DNA of 64,000 bases, taken from the NCBI GenBank assembly GCA_951406725.2, contig OX597818.1, positions 82,832,001 through 82,896,000 on the forward strand, read 5' to 3'. Both the position numbers and the translations under genes were made by a program. Of the stretch, positions 14,999 to 27,794 are shown piece by piece (the first letter of the stretch is position 1; every line of letters begins with the position of its first letter). The notes beneath the pieces are model-generated. The model worked only from the letters and a program-made list of their open reading frames with translations. It was not told the origin of the DNA and did no database searches. Origin of the DNA: Octopus vulgaris. Lineage: Eukaryota.

Positions 14999-15408
14999 TT
15001 TTTTTTTTCTTCTTTCAAATTTTCTTCCATTTCTTGCCGAGTGTCTTCCCGACTCCTAGGGCAAAGAAACTCATAGTGTATATTGGTAGGCCATTAAACC
15101 AAACTCAGTCGTTCGTTCATTTTTTTATTTTTTAAAAAATTTATTTTTTTAAAGTTAAATTAAAATACATGAGCAGCAACAGTTCTCACATCGACAATGC
15201 TCTTCTCAATACGTGTGATGTACCAGTTAAGACAATCTTTTGCACTTCTTGCAGGGATGGTAAGCCAGGGATCATTCTCATATAATTTTCGGTTCCCTTC
15301 TTGATCATTCCTAGTGCTCCTACGATCACTGGTATTGTAACCGCCTTGAGATGCCACATTTTCTCAATTTCAATGAGTAGGTCTTTATATTTTCTGAGCT
15401 TGTCAAAC
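14999..15408 (-). mobile_element. 3' end of an R4/Dong-type non-LTR retrotransposon in (TAA)n
   Basis: KLRKYKDLLIEIEKMWHLKAVTIPVIVGALG...QKIVLTGTSHVLRRALS*; (TAA)n on both sides. Confidence 0.85.
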
Positions 15409-15477
<69 letters not shown>

Positions 15478-15478
<1 letters not shown>

Positions 15479-16029
15479 GTGAGTGAGCTGTGTGTGCCAT
15501 CACAATGACGCTGGAATAAATTATACGTAGCTCAGTATACACATCATGACTCCCCGTTTGATTTGGGTACACGAAGCACATGCATCACAACCACATGTGC
15601 GCAACATGGTGATCATATATCAAGAAAAACAGCGCATGGGCTAGTAGGTGGGGGCCCAGTTAGAATTTTCTTAAGGTCGAGTAGCCCATCCCGCTCAAAA
15701 GGTCCCTCAATACGGGTTGCTTAAGGATATTGAACGAAATACTCAGGTTTCCAGAGGTGAATTATTCAAACCCCAAAGAATTCCTCTCAGCACTTGGCTC
15801 TGATGCTACCCCACTACTTCTGCTCGTCATCATAGATGCTCATATCGTCAGCCACCAAGCGACATGTTCAACTGGTTATGGTCAAACAACTGACAAGCAA
15901 ATCTGTGGTATTGAGCATAATATTTGCTGTAGACCATTTTTATACCTTTTTTTGTACATGATAACACTTCTAATCAGTTAAGATCAGAAACCACGAGAGC
16001 CAAATGCCTGGTACTGTATCAGGGCATAG
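15478..16029 (-). mobile_element. About 550-bp non-coding repeat flanked by (TAA)n, copy 1 of 3
   Basis: Colinear reverse complement of 46625-47183 and 47204-47730. Confidence 0.85.
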
Positions 16030-16040
16030 TATTATTGTTA

Positions 16041-16095
<55 letters not shown>

Positions 16096-16111
16096 CATCA
16101 TCTCGTCGTCG

Positions 16112-16148
<37 letters not shown>

Positions 16149-16774
16149 TTTCTCTTTATCACAGGTTTTGTTGATGCTCCTGGAGTCTTGCAGCGGAGCG
16201 GGCTTACTTCCTGCAGCCTATGGTACTATGCTGTTCGTTCTTTTCAGTTATCTAATACTTTCCTGATTATTCTGACCGTGCCAAGGAGGCAAATCTTTTG
16301 TAACAGTCCTATTAGGCACTCTATTCTAATTTACTTTATATTCCTCTGGATGTTTCTGATACTGTTCCCAATAACCCAAAAATAATTGACACTATATTTT
16401 CCTTCTTCATTTTCCATAGCCGGGCTTTTTCGCCTTGAAGACGATTGTATCTATCTTTCCTTTCGCCCTCCTTCTGGATTATTCCTGAGTCAAAGGGGCA
16501 TGCAGCATCAACTACATAGCATATGTGGTGCACCTTGTCCACCTTGACCTTCCAGTTCGTGGCCAGAGCGTGTTCCTAACCTGCTAGTATAGCGCTCTCG
16601 GTCTTTTATTATTATTTTCTTTTTAGTGTTCTTTTCATCATCCAATCCCATCTATTTTTCCCCGCAACTTCTGTTGAGGCTACTTGGAATTGATTGTGTA
16701 GTCCCTTCTTGCGTAATTCTTCTTCACGTCCTTTTTGCACTTCCTCCTTTGTTTTTCCCTTTTTCTCTGCTCTC
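16149..16774 (-). mobile_element. Internally deleted R4/Dong-type fragment
   Basis: LRKKGLHNQF...WDWMMKRTLK..TESAILAG*EHALATN, then VVDAACPFDSGIIQKEGERKDRYNRL..ARLW; starts at a (TAA)n tract. Confidence 0.75.
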
Positions 16775-16799
16775 AATAATAATAATAATAATGATGATG

Positions 16800-16874
<75 letters not shown>

Positions 16875-16877
<3 letters not shown>

Positions 16878-16958
16878 CCAGGACTTACAAATATATATAA
16901 CTTACAGAAAATTGCACAACTTGGCACTGCACACATCCTACGCAAAACACTTTCAATA
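16875..16958 (+). mobile_element. Short R4/Dong-type C-terminal fragment directly after (TAA)n
   Basis: PGLTNIYNLQKIAQLGTAHILRKTLS is homologous to the end of the 14999-15408 ORF. Confidence 0.75.
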
Positions 16959-16964
16959 ACTTTA

Positions 16965-17135
16965 ATACGGTCAAAATGCTTAAGGATATTTCACTCGTCT
17001 CTACGTTCTGAATTTAAACTCTGCCGAGGTCAACTTTGTCCGCTGTTCCTTAGGGTTCGATAAAATTAGCACCAGTTGGGCGCTATGCTCGACGAAATCG
17101 ACCTGTCCCCTTTCCCCAATACTGCAAGCCTTATG
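16965..17135 (+). mobile_element. SINE family B, degenerate
   Basis: acgttctgaatttaaactctgccgaggtcaactttg...gataaaattagcaccagtt. Confidence 0.7.
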
Positions 17136-17694
17136 ACATTATCATTATTACTGTTAATAGTAATAGTCGTATTAGCATTAGTGTAGAAGTAGCAGCAGCA
17201 GCAGCAGTACCAGCAGCAGTATCTCTTGATGTCTGTTATTTTCCTAGCAGAAAATTTGTATTTTCTTTCAATTCACAATAAATTTATTTTTATTTAATTA
17301 TTTTGTTTTTTGTTTATAATTGACAACCATTCTCATTGACGTCTTCTCATATATTGTTCTTCAGAATATCAAATCAGATGTGTATATGTTCGCGTGGGCG
17401 CGCGCCTGTGTTTGTGCGCGTGTATGAGAGAGAGAGATAGAGAAGGAGAGACTTTGTAATTATTTCTAAATCACTGGATATATAGTGTAAATTAATTTAT
17501 TGCAGAAAACGACTACATTTTCCATGTTTTTAATCCTCCTTCCAATTAGTTTTAATTAATCTTTGGTTCAACTTTTTTTTCTTGTTACGTTCATATTATC
17601 TAAAGTGTAGGAATGTTTTACTCTTTATTAATTTGTATTTGTTTTATATTTATTTTGTATATGAAGCAGTGTATTCAGAAACATATAAACCGCG

Positions 17695-17739
<45 letters not shown>

Positions 17740-17783
17740 TTACTCACATATTTAAGTCAATACATAACGTACATATTATACGT

Positions 17784-17858
<75 letters not shown>

Positions 17859-17956
17859 TTTATATACACACATAATTACATATAGAGACATGTTTATAGA
17901 TAATATATACGTAGATAAACGCGTGCATAGGTGTCTTGTATATTTTACATTTTTCA

Positions 17957-18350
17957 ATCATTAGAAAGCGGCTCTACTATAGCATTGATGAGTATAATCG
18001 AAGAAACTGACTCTAGTACTAGTTGTTTTGTTATGCCTGGTATTTATTCTATTGGTCATTTTTTGCGGAGGTACTAGATGACGGGGGCGTAAAAAAACCA
18101 GCATTTGCTGCCATACTGTGGCGTAGAAAAACACAAATCTACGCACGTGTGAACACACACACACACACATATACGCATGCACATATTATTACAATGGGAT
18201 TCTTTCAGTTTCCTTCAACCAAATCCACTCCCATGGCTGCAGTCAGATTTGGGCTATAGCAGAAGACATCGGCTGAAGCTACCACGCAGTGGAATCAAAC
18301 CTGGAACCATGTGGTTGGGAAGCTAATTTCTTACCACACAACCACGTTTG
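17957..18350 (-). mobile_element. SINE family A, degenerate
   Basis: ttctttcagtttcc..accaaatccactc..ctatagcagaagaca..ggaaccatgtggttgggaagc. Confidence 0.75.
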
Positions 18351-18507
18351 TACCACATATAAATATATATATCAGCAAAGACTATGAGGGATTTAGTTCA
18401 CTTGTCATCTAAACGGAGTAAGTGCTACATCAGGTCGACCGTTAGGTTTGAAGATCACAGTTAAGACTGGATCTACGGATCTGTATTAGGGTTTCGTTAT
18501 ATCAGGT

Positions 18508-19000
18508 GTATATTATAGTTGAGGAAATATAACAAAAAAAAACAAGGCAAAACGAGTGTCTCAAGTCTGATGTCTTACAGCTGTTTCTGGGATAACCTAA
18601 ATGGTAGGTTAACATGTTCACACACTGAGGCAACGTATAAATATTTTAGGCGGAACATTTACAGTTTAAAAGGAATAATTTTCAGTTTATTGTGAATTTT
18701 ATTCCTTGTAAACTGTATATTTCCCCTGTCTAAAATATTTATTCCTTGTCTCGAACTAAATTTTCCCTGTCTAAAGTATTCATTCTTTGTCTGAAACTGT
18801 AAATTTTCCCTGTCTAAAGTATTCATTCCTTGTCTTTGATGATAGAATGCCCAGCGTGTGGACATGATAACCTACCACTTGGGTTATCTCAGAAACCCCT
18901 GTAAGACTTCAAATTCACCTTACCCTAATTAAATTATTCTAAATGACTTGAGATACTCGTTCTGCCGTGGGTTTTCATTTTTCCTCTAATATAATATATA
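18508..19000. repeat. Fold-back element (inverted PLE-like pseudo-LTRs) with central tandem repeats and a hammerhead at 18832-18907
   Basis: 18508-18631 is the imperfect reverse complement of 18849-19000; three ttcccctgtctaaa/ttccctgtctaaa units at 18690-18835; gtct|ttgatga|...|gaaac-ccct-gta|agac. Confidence 0.65.
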
Positions 19001-21354
19001 TCAGTAAATGTATATAGACACTTAAATGTATACCTGTATGCAATTATAGATATAAATGCATAAATAAATGTAGATTTATTTACATAGGTAAATGCATGGA
19101 TGCACACATACACACACGTATAGATACATATACATGTATATGCTTATATAACCATATACACATATTTTACACATACATATTTATACACACATATATATGG
19201 AAGTATACACACAGCTACATACACACACATATATGCATACATGGTCATGCACACATACAGACGCCCATTTATATTTATGTAAACACTTATTAAACAATCA
19301 GTCTGATAGTAAATTGCTAATTAATTTCCATTTGTGCAGCGTGAGATATTATCAATTCATCACTCTTTGGAAATCATTATTATTAATAAAAGTCGTTGAA
19401 CTCTCTGAAAATGTAGTCCGAATAGTAAAGTACAAAGTCTGCTGTGATGAAGTCGCTTCACGGTTTCATTTTAATTCTAGATATGTAGTTGTCTTTTTAT
19501 CGAGCCACCCTAGATTAATATATGATAGTATTTTTATGGAATTGGTATAATCCACTTGAGCTACATCGCGGAATGTTAATCATGTACCTACGTTAAAAAT
19601 CTTCACACTGCGTATTTCCTATTTGCTTACCCCAAGAAAGTATGAAAATTGGCAAGTATTGCCTTCAAACTTTGCTTTGCTCTAAATTGTCTGCACTTGG
19701 GCAGTTAGAAGTAAACTGAAGTTTTAAGCCTACGATTCCTGTATTTATACTTATATCTATGTTGCTAGAATGTTCTAAAAAACCTTGACATAGGAACTTA
19801 TCGAAAGTTCAAGAAACTTCAAGAAAATTTTGCTTCAGCAACTCAAAAGTGAATCTGTCTGAAATGTAATTGATAATAGGACAGTTTCAAAACATTGACG
19901 ACTAGATCACAAAAACAAAGTTTGATGGGAATAGCAGTCATTCCGTTTGATTATTAGATAGAAGCAAATAGGAAGTAATACTTTTGTTACACACTGCTAT
20001 TAGCTTTTTTTTCCGTCGGTATTTTCACGCGATTTTCTACTGTTTCACGTCGTACACCTCCGAGTTCCTGGGCTGTGCGCAACATGATAGTCTTACATTT
20101 GTGAGGTACTGTAGAGTTTTCTTTTACCTGTGTTGGCATAAGTGAAATATGTAAGTGATAGTCGTGACAAGATTTTTTTTTACATCGCCGCAAAAAAAAA
20201 AAAGAAAAGAAAAGAGCATTTCTATTTATCGCTTCACATGCGAATGCAAAACTAAAAAAATGCTTTAGTTAATACCATTCACACAAATATAAGCAAAGAA
20301 CCAGTATTGTGCTTGTAAATAGTATTGCGCTTATCAATGAAGAACACAAACCAGGAGAAAGCTATGATAATTTTACTACCCTTAGTAGAATTTGAACACT
20401 ATAAACAACAGCGACAACATTATACTTGCACGATTCACTTTGGTTATGAACAGAGAAAGTGAAAGAGTGTATCATTCAAGCGAAGAAAAATTCTCGATAT
20501 AGAATATTTTACAGAGTGCTCCCAAGAAGCGAAATTTCATGCATCGCACAGGGAAGAGACACAGGTGAATAGTGGAATAACGGAGGAAGAACACGTAACT
20601 TAGCTCGGTTTTATAACTACATCCTAGTGTAGTTGTAAGTCTTTGGCATCAATATTTAAACCTCAGTTATTATTCTTCTGTTTTAATAGTTCTTATATTC
20701 TTTGCGTAGCTTTATCACATGGATTAAGACCCACAAATAATTTGATACTGTTTAATTCTTAACCATTATTACGAGGCGTGGTGTTAGCAAAAGCCGTAGG
20801 ATCGAGATTGGCAAAAATATGGACATGGTGAAATACCGTAGATTACATATCAAATTGCATCCTTTAAATACTGAAATCAAATTAAACTCTTTCTGGAGTG
20901 AACGAAATCAGTACTGAATACCTAAGGAAGCAACCTTATTGTTCTCGTGCTCAAGAGCAGTGCAATTGTGGTATTTAGTTGTTTCGCATAACCTTAATAT
21001 TTACGCACAATATGCCGAGTATCTCTTTACTTAGCAAGAGTAAAGAGAGATGCCAAGTTAGTTGAGAATCGAAACCAAAATAAAACTTATTGCAAGTAAA
21101 TACATCAAGAGATTGTAGCAAACAATATCTCAGTACTGGCGTCAAGCAAACAGACATGTATATGGTATTGGGGAGATTGTTGCAGAATGAATATATATGT
21201 ATACTCACACACATACACACATACACGAATAAACACACCCGTACACGCACACACACCAACACATAACCACACACACACATCAGATAAAGTGGATTGATTC
21301 ATAAATCCGAGACTCATTCTTAGTAATGAGGCACGCATGATTGAATGCGAAATG

Positions 21355-21565
21355 TTACAATATCAGTTTCATATTTTGGCTCAAAGCCAGCAATATTAGA
21401 AGAAGAGGTACATGGATTACATGTGTTCAACTGGTATTTGTTTTATCGATTGCTACAGGATGATAAGCAAAGTCGACCCCGACGGCATTTGAACTCAGAA
21501 GGTCGGAAGAATGCGCTATGCATTTTAGCCGGCGCGTCAGCAATTCTGCCAGGTCGACGCCCTAA
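21355..21565 (-). mobile_element. SINE family B, degenerate
   Basis: caaagtcgaccccgacggcatttgaactcagaa...ttctgccagg. Confidence 0.7.
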
Positions 21566-22440
21566 TATGCAGAAACATTACAAAATCATAAATATCTATA
21601 ATCATACATATATTCATGAAAAATTTACATGTGCCATATTGTTGCAGCTTACTTAACTAATGAGTAAATGTAATATAAAAAGTAACATTCTTTGATATTA
21701 TATACATTGATATATGCATATACATGCATGCATGTATCCATCCATCCAAGTACACACACACACATAACAGCGAGAGAGGGAGAGAGAGATGCGTGGTTTA
21801 ATGAAGAAGTATATATATATATATATACATATATATACTAGAGACGTGTATTATATCTGTGCCCGTGTGTGTATATGTGTATGTGTGTGTGTGTGCGCCT
21901 ACATTTGTGCACATATATTCATATAGAAGCATATAAATCTCTCTCTCACTCTCTATCTCTATATATGTATGTATGTATATATATATATATATATATATAT
22001 AAGTACTATGGATATATAAATATATATATATATAAATATTTATATATCTTAATATATATAGACACACACAGGTATATGTGTGTAGTTTTGCGTAGAATTT
22101 GGAACCTGGTGGCAAATTAAGAATATTAGTATTATTATTATCAGTAGAAATATCATTATAGGATATGAAGCTGTAGTACAGATATTGATATCTGGAAGTT
22201 TAGATTAATAAAACAAGTTAGAGAAACAATATCTCTCAATCGCCGAATCGTTCATTTTAGCTGGGATTAGTCTTTGATGAAGTTTTTGACTGATGTTTAA
22301 TTAATTCTTACTACTTGATTTCGGCAATATTTTGTTCATATTGCCAAACACACAACGCAAACGCGCGCACACATACATAGATACGGGAAAATACACATAT
22401 GAATGATAACTAATATCCATTTCAATATATAATTGAATGT

Positions 22441-22655
22441 AAGGCTGCGAGCCGGCTGAGTCGTTAGCACGCCGCGCACAATGCTAAGTGACGTTTCGTC
22501 AGTCTTTACGTACTGGATTCAGATCCCGCCGAGGTCGACTTAAATTTTTTCCTTTCGGTGTCGCTAAATTAAGTACTATTTGAAAACTGGGGTTGATGTA
22601 ATCAACATAGCCGCTCTCTCAAACCTGTTGGCCTTGTTCCAAAATTTGAAACCAC
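22441..22655 (+). mobile_element. SINE family B
   Basis: aaggctgcgagccggctgagtcgttagcacgcc...cgccgaggtcgact...cctttcgg. Confidence 0.75.
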
Positions 22656-23144
22656 TTTAAAAATTAAATGTATTCGATCTTCTCTACCATCTAGTTTTCC
22701 GCCACTTAGCTCCAGCGATTTGGTTGCAGCACCACCTTGGATCAGTTTACTTAAATATATCGATCTCAGTATGTTTATCGGCACTGAACTTACTCTATTG
22801 ATGTTTTATCGAAAAAGTTTATTTGTAACGAAGAATTAACGGCAATAACGTGAAATATATAACTTCTTATTTCTTCTCGCCAGTTGTGCTTAATAAAACT
22901 TGATAGGAAATAATATGGTATTTAGAAGAGGCATTTCCAAATACACTTCATGTTTCCTTTATCTATCATACAACAGAACATTTGCAGAACGGCATTGTGT
23001 GCGCATCTTCCTGTATTTCCTGTATGCATATACATACATCAGTTTTCGACTGTTGTTTAATTAATGTATATGTGGCCTCTTGTGAAAACTCTTATCAGTG
23101 CCACTGGAAGCATTCAATCCAGTACAATCTGTTTCAGTGTCGGG

Positions 23145-23215
23145 TGTCTGCTATCCCGATGAAGAGGTGTGCTAGGAACCGAACTGGACGTAAAACAAGA
23201 CCTGTCGATAGGACA
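23145..23215 (+). ncRNA. Degenerate type I hammerhead-like fold at the start of a GC-richer unclassified segment (23090-23600)
   Basis: ctatc|ccgatga|long stem-loop II|aaaa|ca-agacc-tg|tc|gatag; stem I extends with tgtc/gaca; two core substitutions. Confidence 0.4.
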
Positions 23216-23614
23216 GATGAACCTAGAACAGGTTCAACGACTATCTAGACATCAGGTGGGCACTCAGGAATTCAGGAATGCTGTACAGAGAGTGAATTAC
23301 AACTCAGCTTCTCTTAAGGCTTGCCTCTAGTAGAAGGCCAAACAGTTATAAAACCGAATGGGCCAGGAATGGCATAGATTATTTTGAGGATCGTTTGCTT
23401 GCACCCATGATCAAGACGCTCGCAAATTCCTGAGTATACGTCCCATATTGGCACTGGATATCTGGCTTCGGCTTGTTTCCTGAACTATTCACTAGGGTAG
23501 AGAGGGTCTGTAAAGTGCTATGCAAGCCTCATGGAACCTAAAATATTGCAGAAGCATTGCTTTGTCATTGATGGCTATATTCGATTGCAAGTTGACAGCC
23601 ATCGCGTATTTATA

Positions 23615-24072
23615 AGTGCAAGCATGGCTGTATGGTAAGAAGCTTGCTACCCAACCACATGGTTCCGGGTTCAGTTTCACTGTGTGGAAAGTGTATTTGG
23701 CTATAGCTTCGGACCGACCAAAGTCATGAGTGGGATTGGTGGACGGAAACTGAAAGTAGCCCGTCATATATATACACACATATATATGTTTGTGGGTGTG
23801 TGTGTGTATGAGTGTGAAGAGAGAGAGAGAGAGAAGAAAGAGTGTGTGTGTGTGTGTGTATTTGTGTGTGTATGTTTGTCTGTGTTTGTCGCCTCTCCAT
23901 CGCTTGACAACCGGTGTTGGCGTGCTTACGTCCTCGTAACTTAGCGGTTTAGCAAAAAGAGATCGATAGAATAAGTATTAGACCTACAAAGAATAAGTCG
24001 ATTTGTTCGGCTAAAGGCGGTGCTCCAGCATGGCTGCAGTGAAATGACTGAAACAAGTAAAAGAATAAAAGA
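23615..24072 (+). mobile_element. SINE family A, near full length, with internal (TG)n
   Basis: tggctgtatggtaagaagcttgc..ggttccgggttcagt..ggaaactgaaag..ttagcggtt..ggcggtgctccagcatggc..gactgaaacaagtaaaaga. Confidence 0.88.
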
Positions 24073-24541
24073 AGATATATTAATACATACATACATACAT
24101 ACATACATACACGCAAACACACTCACATACACGCACATATATCCCCATGTAACCACATTTAAGTACATGTATAAACATATACATATATAATACATTTCAA
24201 AATGGCTTGCTTGCTGGAGCCTTTTCTAAACTATTTCATTTGACGAATAAACCATTGTGTGATGAGATTTACATTTCAAACACAGTATACACGGAATTTT
24301 CTCAATATATTGGTAGATTATTGAAGAAACCGAGAAAGAATTTTTCGGAAATTCTGCAGCTGCTGTTACATTAATACGCCTAGTTTCATTATGCAATTTC
24401 CATCGGATTTCAACTGCCTCTCATTTGACTCTGCCACACCCAAATCTGTCTTTGTTTCTTATCTTTTTCTGGCTTTTAACAAGACTTTTGATTCCTAGCA
24501 GATATTATTGTGAGATTCTCTGCCTGTCTCTTTTTCCTTTG

Positions 24542-24675
24542 CTACCTACCTACCTACCTACCTACCTACCTACCTACCTACCTACCTACCTTACCTACCT
24601 ACCTACCTACCTACCTACCTACCTACCTACCTACCTACCCACCTATATACCTACATACATACATACATACACACA
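24542..24675. repeat. (CCTA)n microsatellite grading into (CATA)n
   Basis: Directly visible. Confidence 0.95.
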
Positions 24676-24723
24676 CAAATATATATATATATGTACATAC
24701 ATATTTATATTGATACATACCAT

Positions 24724-25350
24724 AGAGGTACAAGCGTGGCTGTGCTGTAAGAAGCTTGCTTCCCAAGCACAAGACTCCCGGTTCAGTCCCACTGAGTGAC
24801 ACCTTGGGCGAGTGTTTCTACTATAGCTTTGGGCCGATTAAACCCCTCTGGTTGGCCTTGGTAGACGGAAACTGATAGAAGCATGTCGAACATGCATACA
24901 TACTCACACACACGCACACAACCAGACACATCTCTGTGTGTATCTTTGTCTCTGCGTTTGTCACCCTCCACCACTTGATAACCGGTACTGGTGTGTTTAT
25001 TTTCGCGTGACATAGCGGTTCGTCAAAAGATACTGATAGAATAAGGATCAGGCTTAAAAGAAAAAGAGGTACTGAGGTCGATTATTTCAATTTATATTCC
25101 TGAAGGCGGTGCTCTCTCAGAGCCGCAATCAAATGATTAAAACATGATATATGATAAAGGACATCTCATATATATGCTCAGGCATGGCTGTTGAAAGTAA
25201 GAAGCCTGCTTTACAGCCACGTGCTTTCGGGTTTGGTTCCACTGCGCTGCACCTGGAGCGAATGTCTTCAAATGAAAGCCTGGTCTGACAAATGTAGCTT
25301 GGGACAGAATTTTGTTCGAGGTAACTACGTAGAAACTAATCGTGTGCGTG
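24724..25350 (+). mobile_element. Two tandem SINE family A copies (24724-25150 near full; 25178-25350 degenerate head)
   Basis: Same head, centre and tail motifs as 23615. Confidence 0.75.
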
Positions 25351-25430
25351 TGAATATATATACATGTGTTTGTAACTACGTGCTGTTGGTGATTTTGTTT
25401 TTCATTTAGATTTTCCTCTTTTCCCTTTTC

Positions 25431-25466
25431 CTTTCCGACAAAGTGCTACGCTCGAAACGTCAAAAG
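25431..25466 (+). ncRNA. Degenerate minimal hammerhead related to 785-820 and 8995-9032
   Basis: cttt|ccgacaa|a-gtgc-tac-gctc|gaaacgtc|aaaag, followed by the family motif ctaatac. Confidence 0.45.
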
Positions 25467-25544
25467 CTCTCTCTTTTTACTCATCGTCAAACTAATACAA
25501 TACATGTGCACGTCCTTTGGTTTGTTACTGTTATTTTTAATGCT

Positions 25545-25753
25545 TACTCTTTTACTTGTTTCAGTCATTTGACTGTGGCCATGCTGGAGCACCGCCTTTA
25601 GTCGAGCAAATCGACCCCCAGGGCTTATTCTTTGTAAGCCTGGTACTTATTCTATCGTTCTCTTTTGCCAAACCGCTAAGTTACGTGGACGTAAACACAC
25701 CAGCATCGGTTGTCAAGCGTGTTGGGGGGACAAACATAGACACACAAACATAT

Positions 25754-25794
<41 letters not shown>

Positions 25795-25971
25795 TATATA
25801 TATATACGAAGGGCTCTTTTTCAGTTTCCATCTACCAAATCCACTCACAAGGCTTTGGTCGGTCCGAGGCTATAGTAGAAGACACTTGCACACGGTACCA
25901 CGCAGTGGGACTCAACCTAGAACCATGTGGTTGGTAAGCAAGCTACTTACCACACAGCCACTCCTGCGCCT
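25545..25971 (-). mobile_element. SINE family A, full length and well preserved
   Basis: Reverse complement nearly matches 38689-39148. Confidence 0.9.
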
Positions 25972-26171
25972 ATTTGTTTGTTTATTTTGCCTTCATTACA
26001 CTCACACACACACACATACAAACAAACATGTACGCGTGCACGTTTGTTAAATGAATATAATGTATGTGTATACAGTTTCACTTCCATATTTTATGTTACT
26101 TGTTTGAACCTCATTTACTACTTTCTGTTGATTTTCTACATTAATTTCATTTGTGTAATTTATACATAATA

Positions 26172-26585
26172 AAGGTGTAGAACTGACAGGTTCGAATACC
26201 TCGTCGCTTTTCCTCTGGTTTTACCGTCAGAGTACAAATTCCACCCAAAGCCGACTTGGCCTTTCATCCTTTCGGGGTCGATAAAATAAACACTAGTTGA
26301 ACACTTGGGACATTGTAATCGGCACATCATCATCCAAAATTTCAGGACTTGAGCTTAGAGTAGGGAGAATATTATATATATATATTGATTTTAAGTTTTA
26401 GCACAAGACTAGCAATTGCAGGGAGGTGAATAGTCGATTGCATCGCCCCCAGTGCTCAATTTGTACATACTTTATCGGTCCCGAAACCATAAAACCTAAT
26501 GTGGAATTTGATCTGAGAACGTAAAGACTGACGAAAGGCCGCTAAGATTTTGCCCGACGTGTTAACGCTTTTCCAACTCGTTGCC
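26172..26585. mobile_element. Tail-to-tail pair of SINE family B copies (+ 26172-26370, - 26390-26585)
   Basis: gcctttcatcctttcggggtcgataaa on the plus strand, followed by the reverse-complement family motifs. Confidence 0.7.
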
Positions 26586-27555
26586 ATATATATATCATTA
26601 AATGTTCTTACTGTATTATGGATCAAGTGAGAAAAAATTTACGTGGTCGCTAAACGTGCAAAATATAGCTGATGAATTGATTTTTGTTTTATGAAAGGGA
26701 AGGACGATTTAGATTATTTTGTCGAAGATAACTAATCTTCCAATGAATGACGGAATGGTTTTTACTCATAAATAGTCTATTTTAGGTTAAGATGGCGCTA
26801 AACAACAAAGACACCATCAACTTACTTGATTATGTTGATACTTAAGCTATGTGCATTATTTGAATCACGTATGAACTCTTAGCGTTAAACGTTCTTGATT
26901 GTCACAGTTACTATAAGCGTGATATATTTGAACAAATTATTCCAGAAATTCGACGAACATTCCTGCTAGGGAATAGTGTTCCATGAACGGTTGTATATGT
27001 CTAGAATAACAAAGGAGAGAAAAGGAAGACAAGGAAATATAGAAGTGAAGAATGAAGTGAAATAAGATAGACAGAATGAAAAAACGTACGTAGAGAAGGT
27101 GAGAATGGATATCGGAAAGAGAACAAAAATCAACACAAAACGAGTGGATGAATGGCAAACTTCAAATGCCAATAAAGAGAAAGAAGGAAAAGGAAAAATG
27201 AATGATTGAAATGAGGGGGGAAGGAGTACGAGGAGAGGAGAGAAAGGTAGAAATGGTGAGAGACTGAATAAAAGTGAAATGCACGGGGGAGTCCATTTTA
27301 AGCTTAGATCAATATTCGAGGACCAGGATTACACAGTTTCCAGTTTTCAGTGTAAATGTTTCTTCGTTACTATATCATAAATCAGGAGAAGAACATACCC
27401 TATAAAATATAGAGAAGTTGCTTATTTTTGTATGTGTAATGTAATAGCTTAGGAAAAAAAAACTCTTGGCTTCATATCTAGTGTGAACTAGACATCTCTC
27501 GTCTAGTTTCTCTTCGGTTTCTCTAAATGATAACCGCTCTCTGCAACGAATTATG

Positions 27556-27593
<38 letters not shown>

Positions 27594-27725
27594 CCGCACC
27601 AACGCACGGTTGCAACACCATATGGTTGTACCTCCAACCGTGCTGTTTTCTGCTGTGATTTTTGCTACCAAGGTATCGCTTAAACTTTTGATTAATCTGC
27701 TACAAGATTATTCATCTTTCTATTT

Positions 27726-27790
<65 letters not shown>

Positions 27791-27794
<4 letters not shown>

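Noticed and set aside
18690-18835. Short repeats with spacers, superficially CRISPR-like
   Set aside because: Spacers resemble each other (tandem repeat), the context is eukaryotic and no cas genes are present
25556-26050. 164-aa ORF with similar ORFs at other loci
   Set aside because: Antisense translation of SINE family A; recurrence reflects the repeat
27460-27730. Small hairpins (actagac/gtctagt; gcacggttg/caaccgtgc) near TA tracts
   Set aside because: No ribozyme core or second copy in the window, so they cannot be classified
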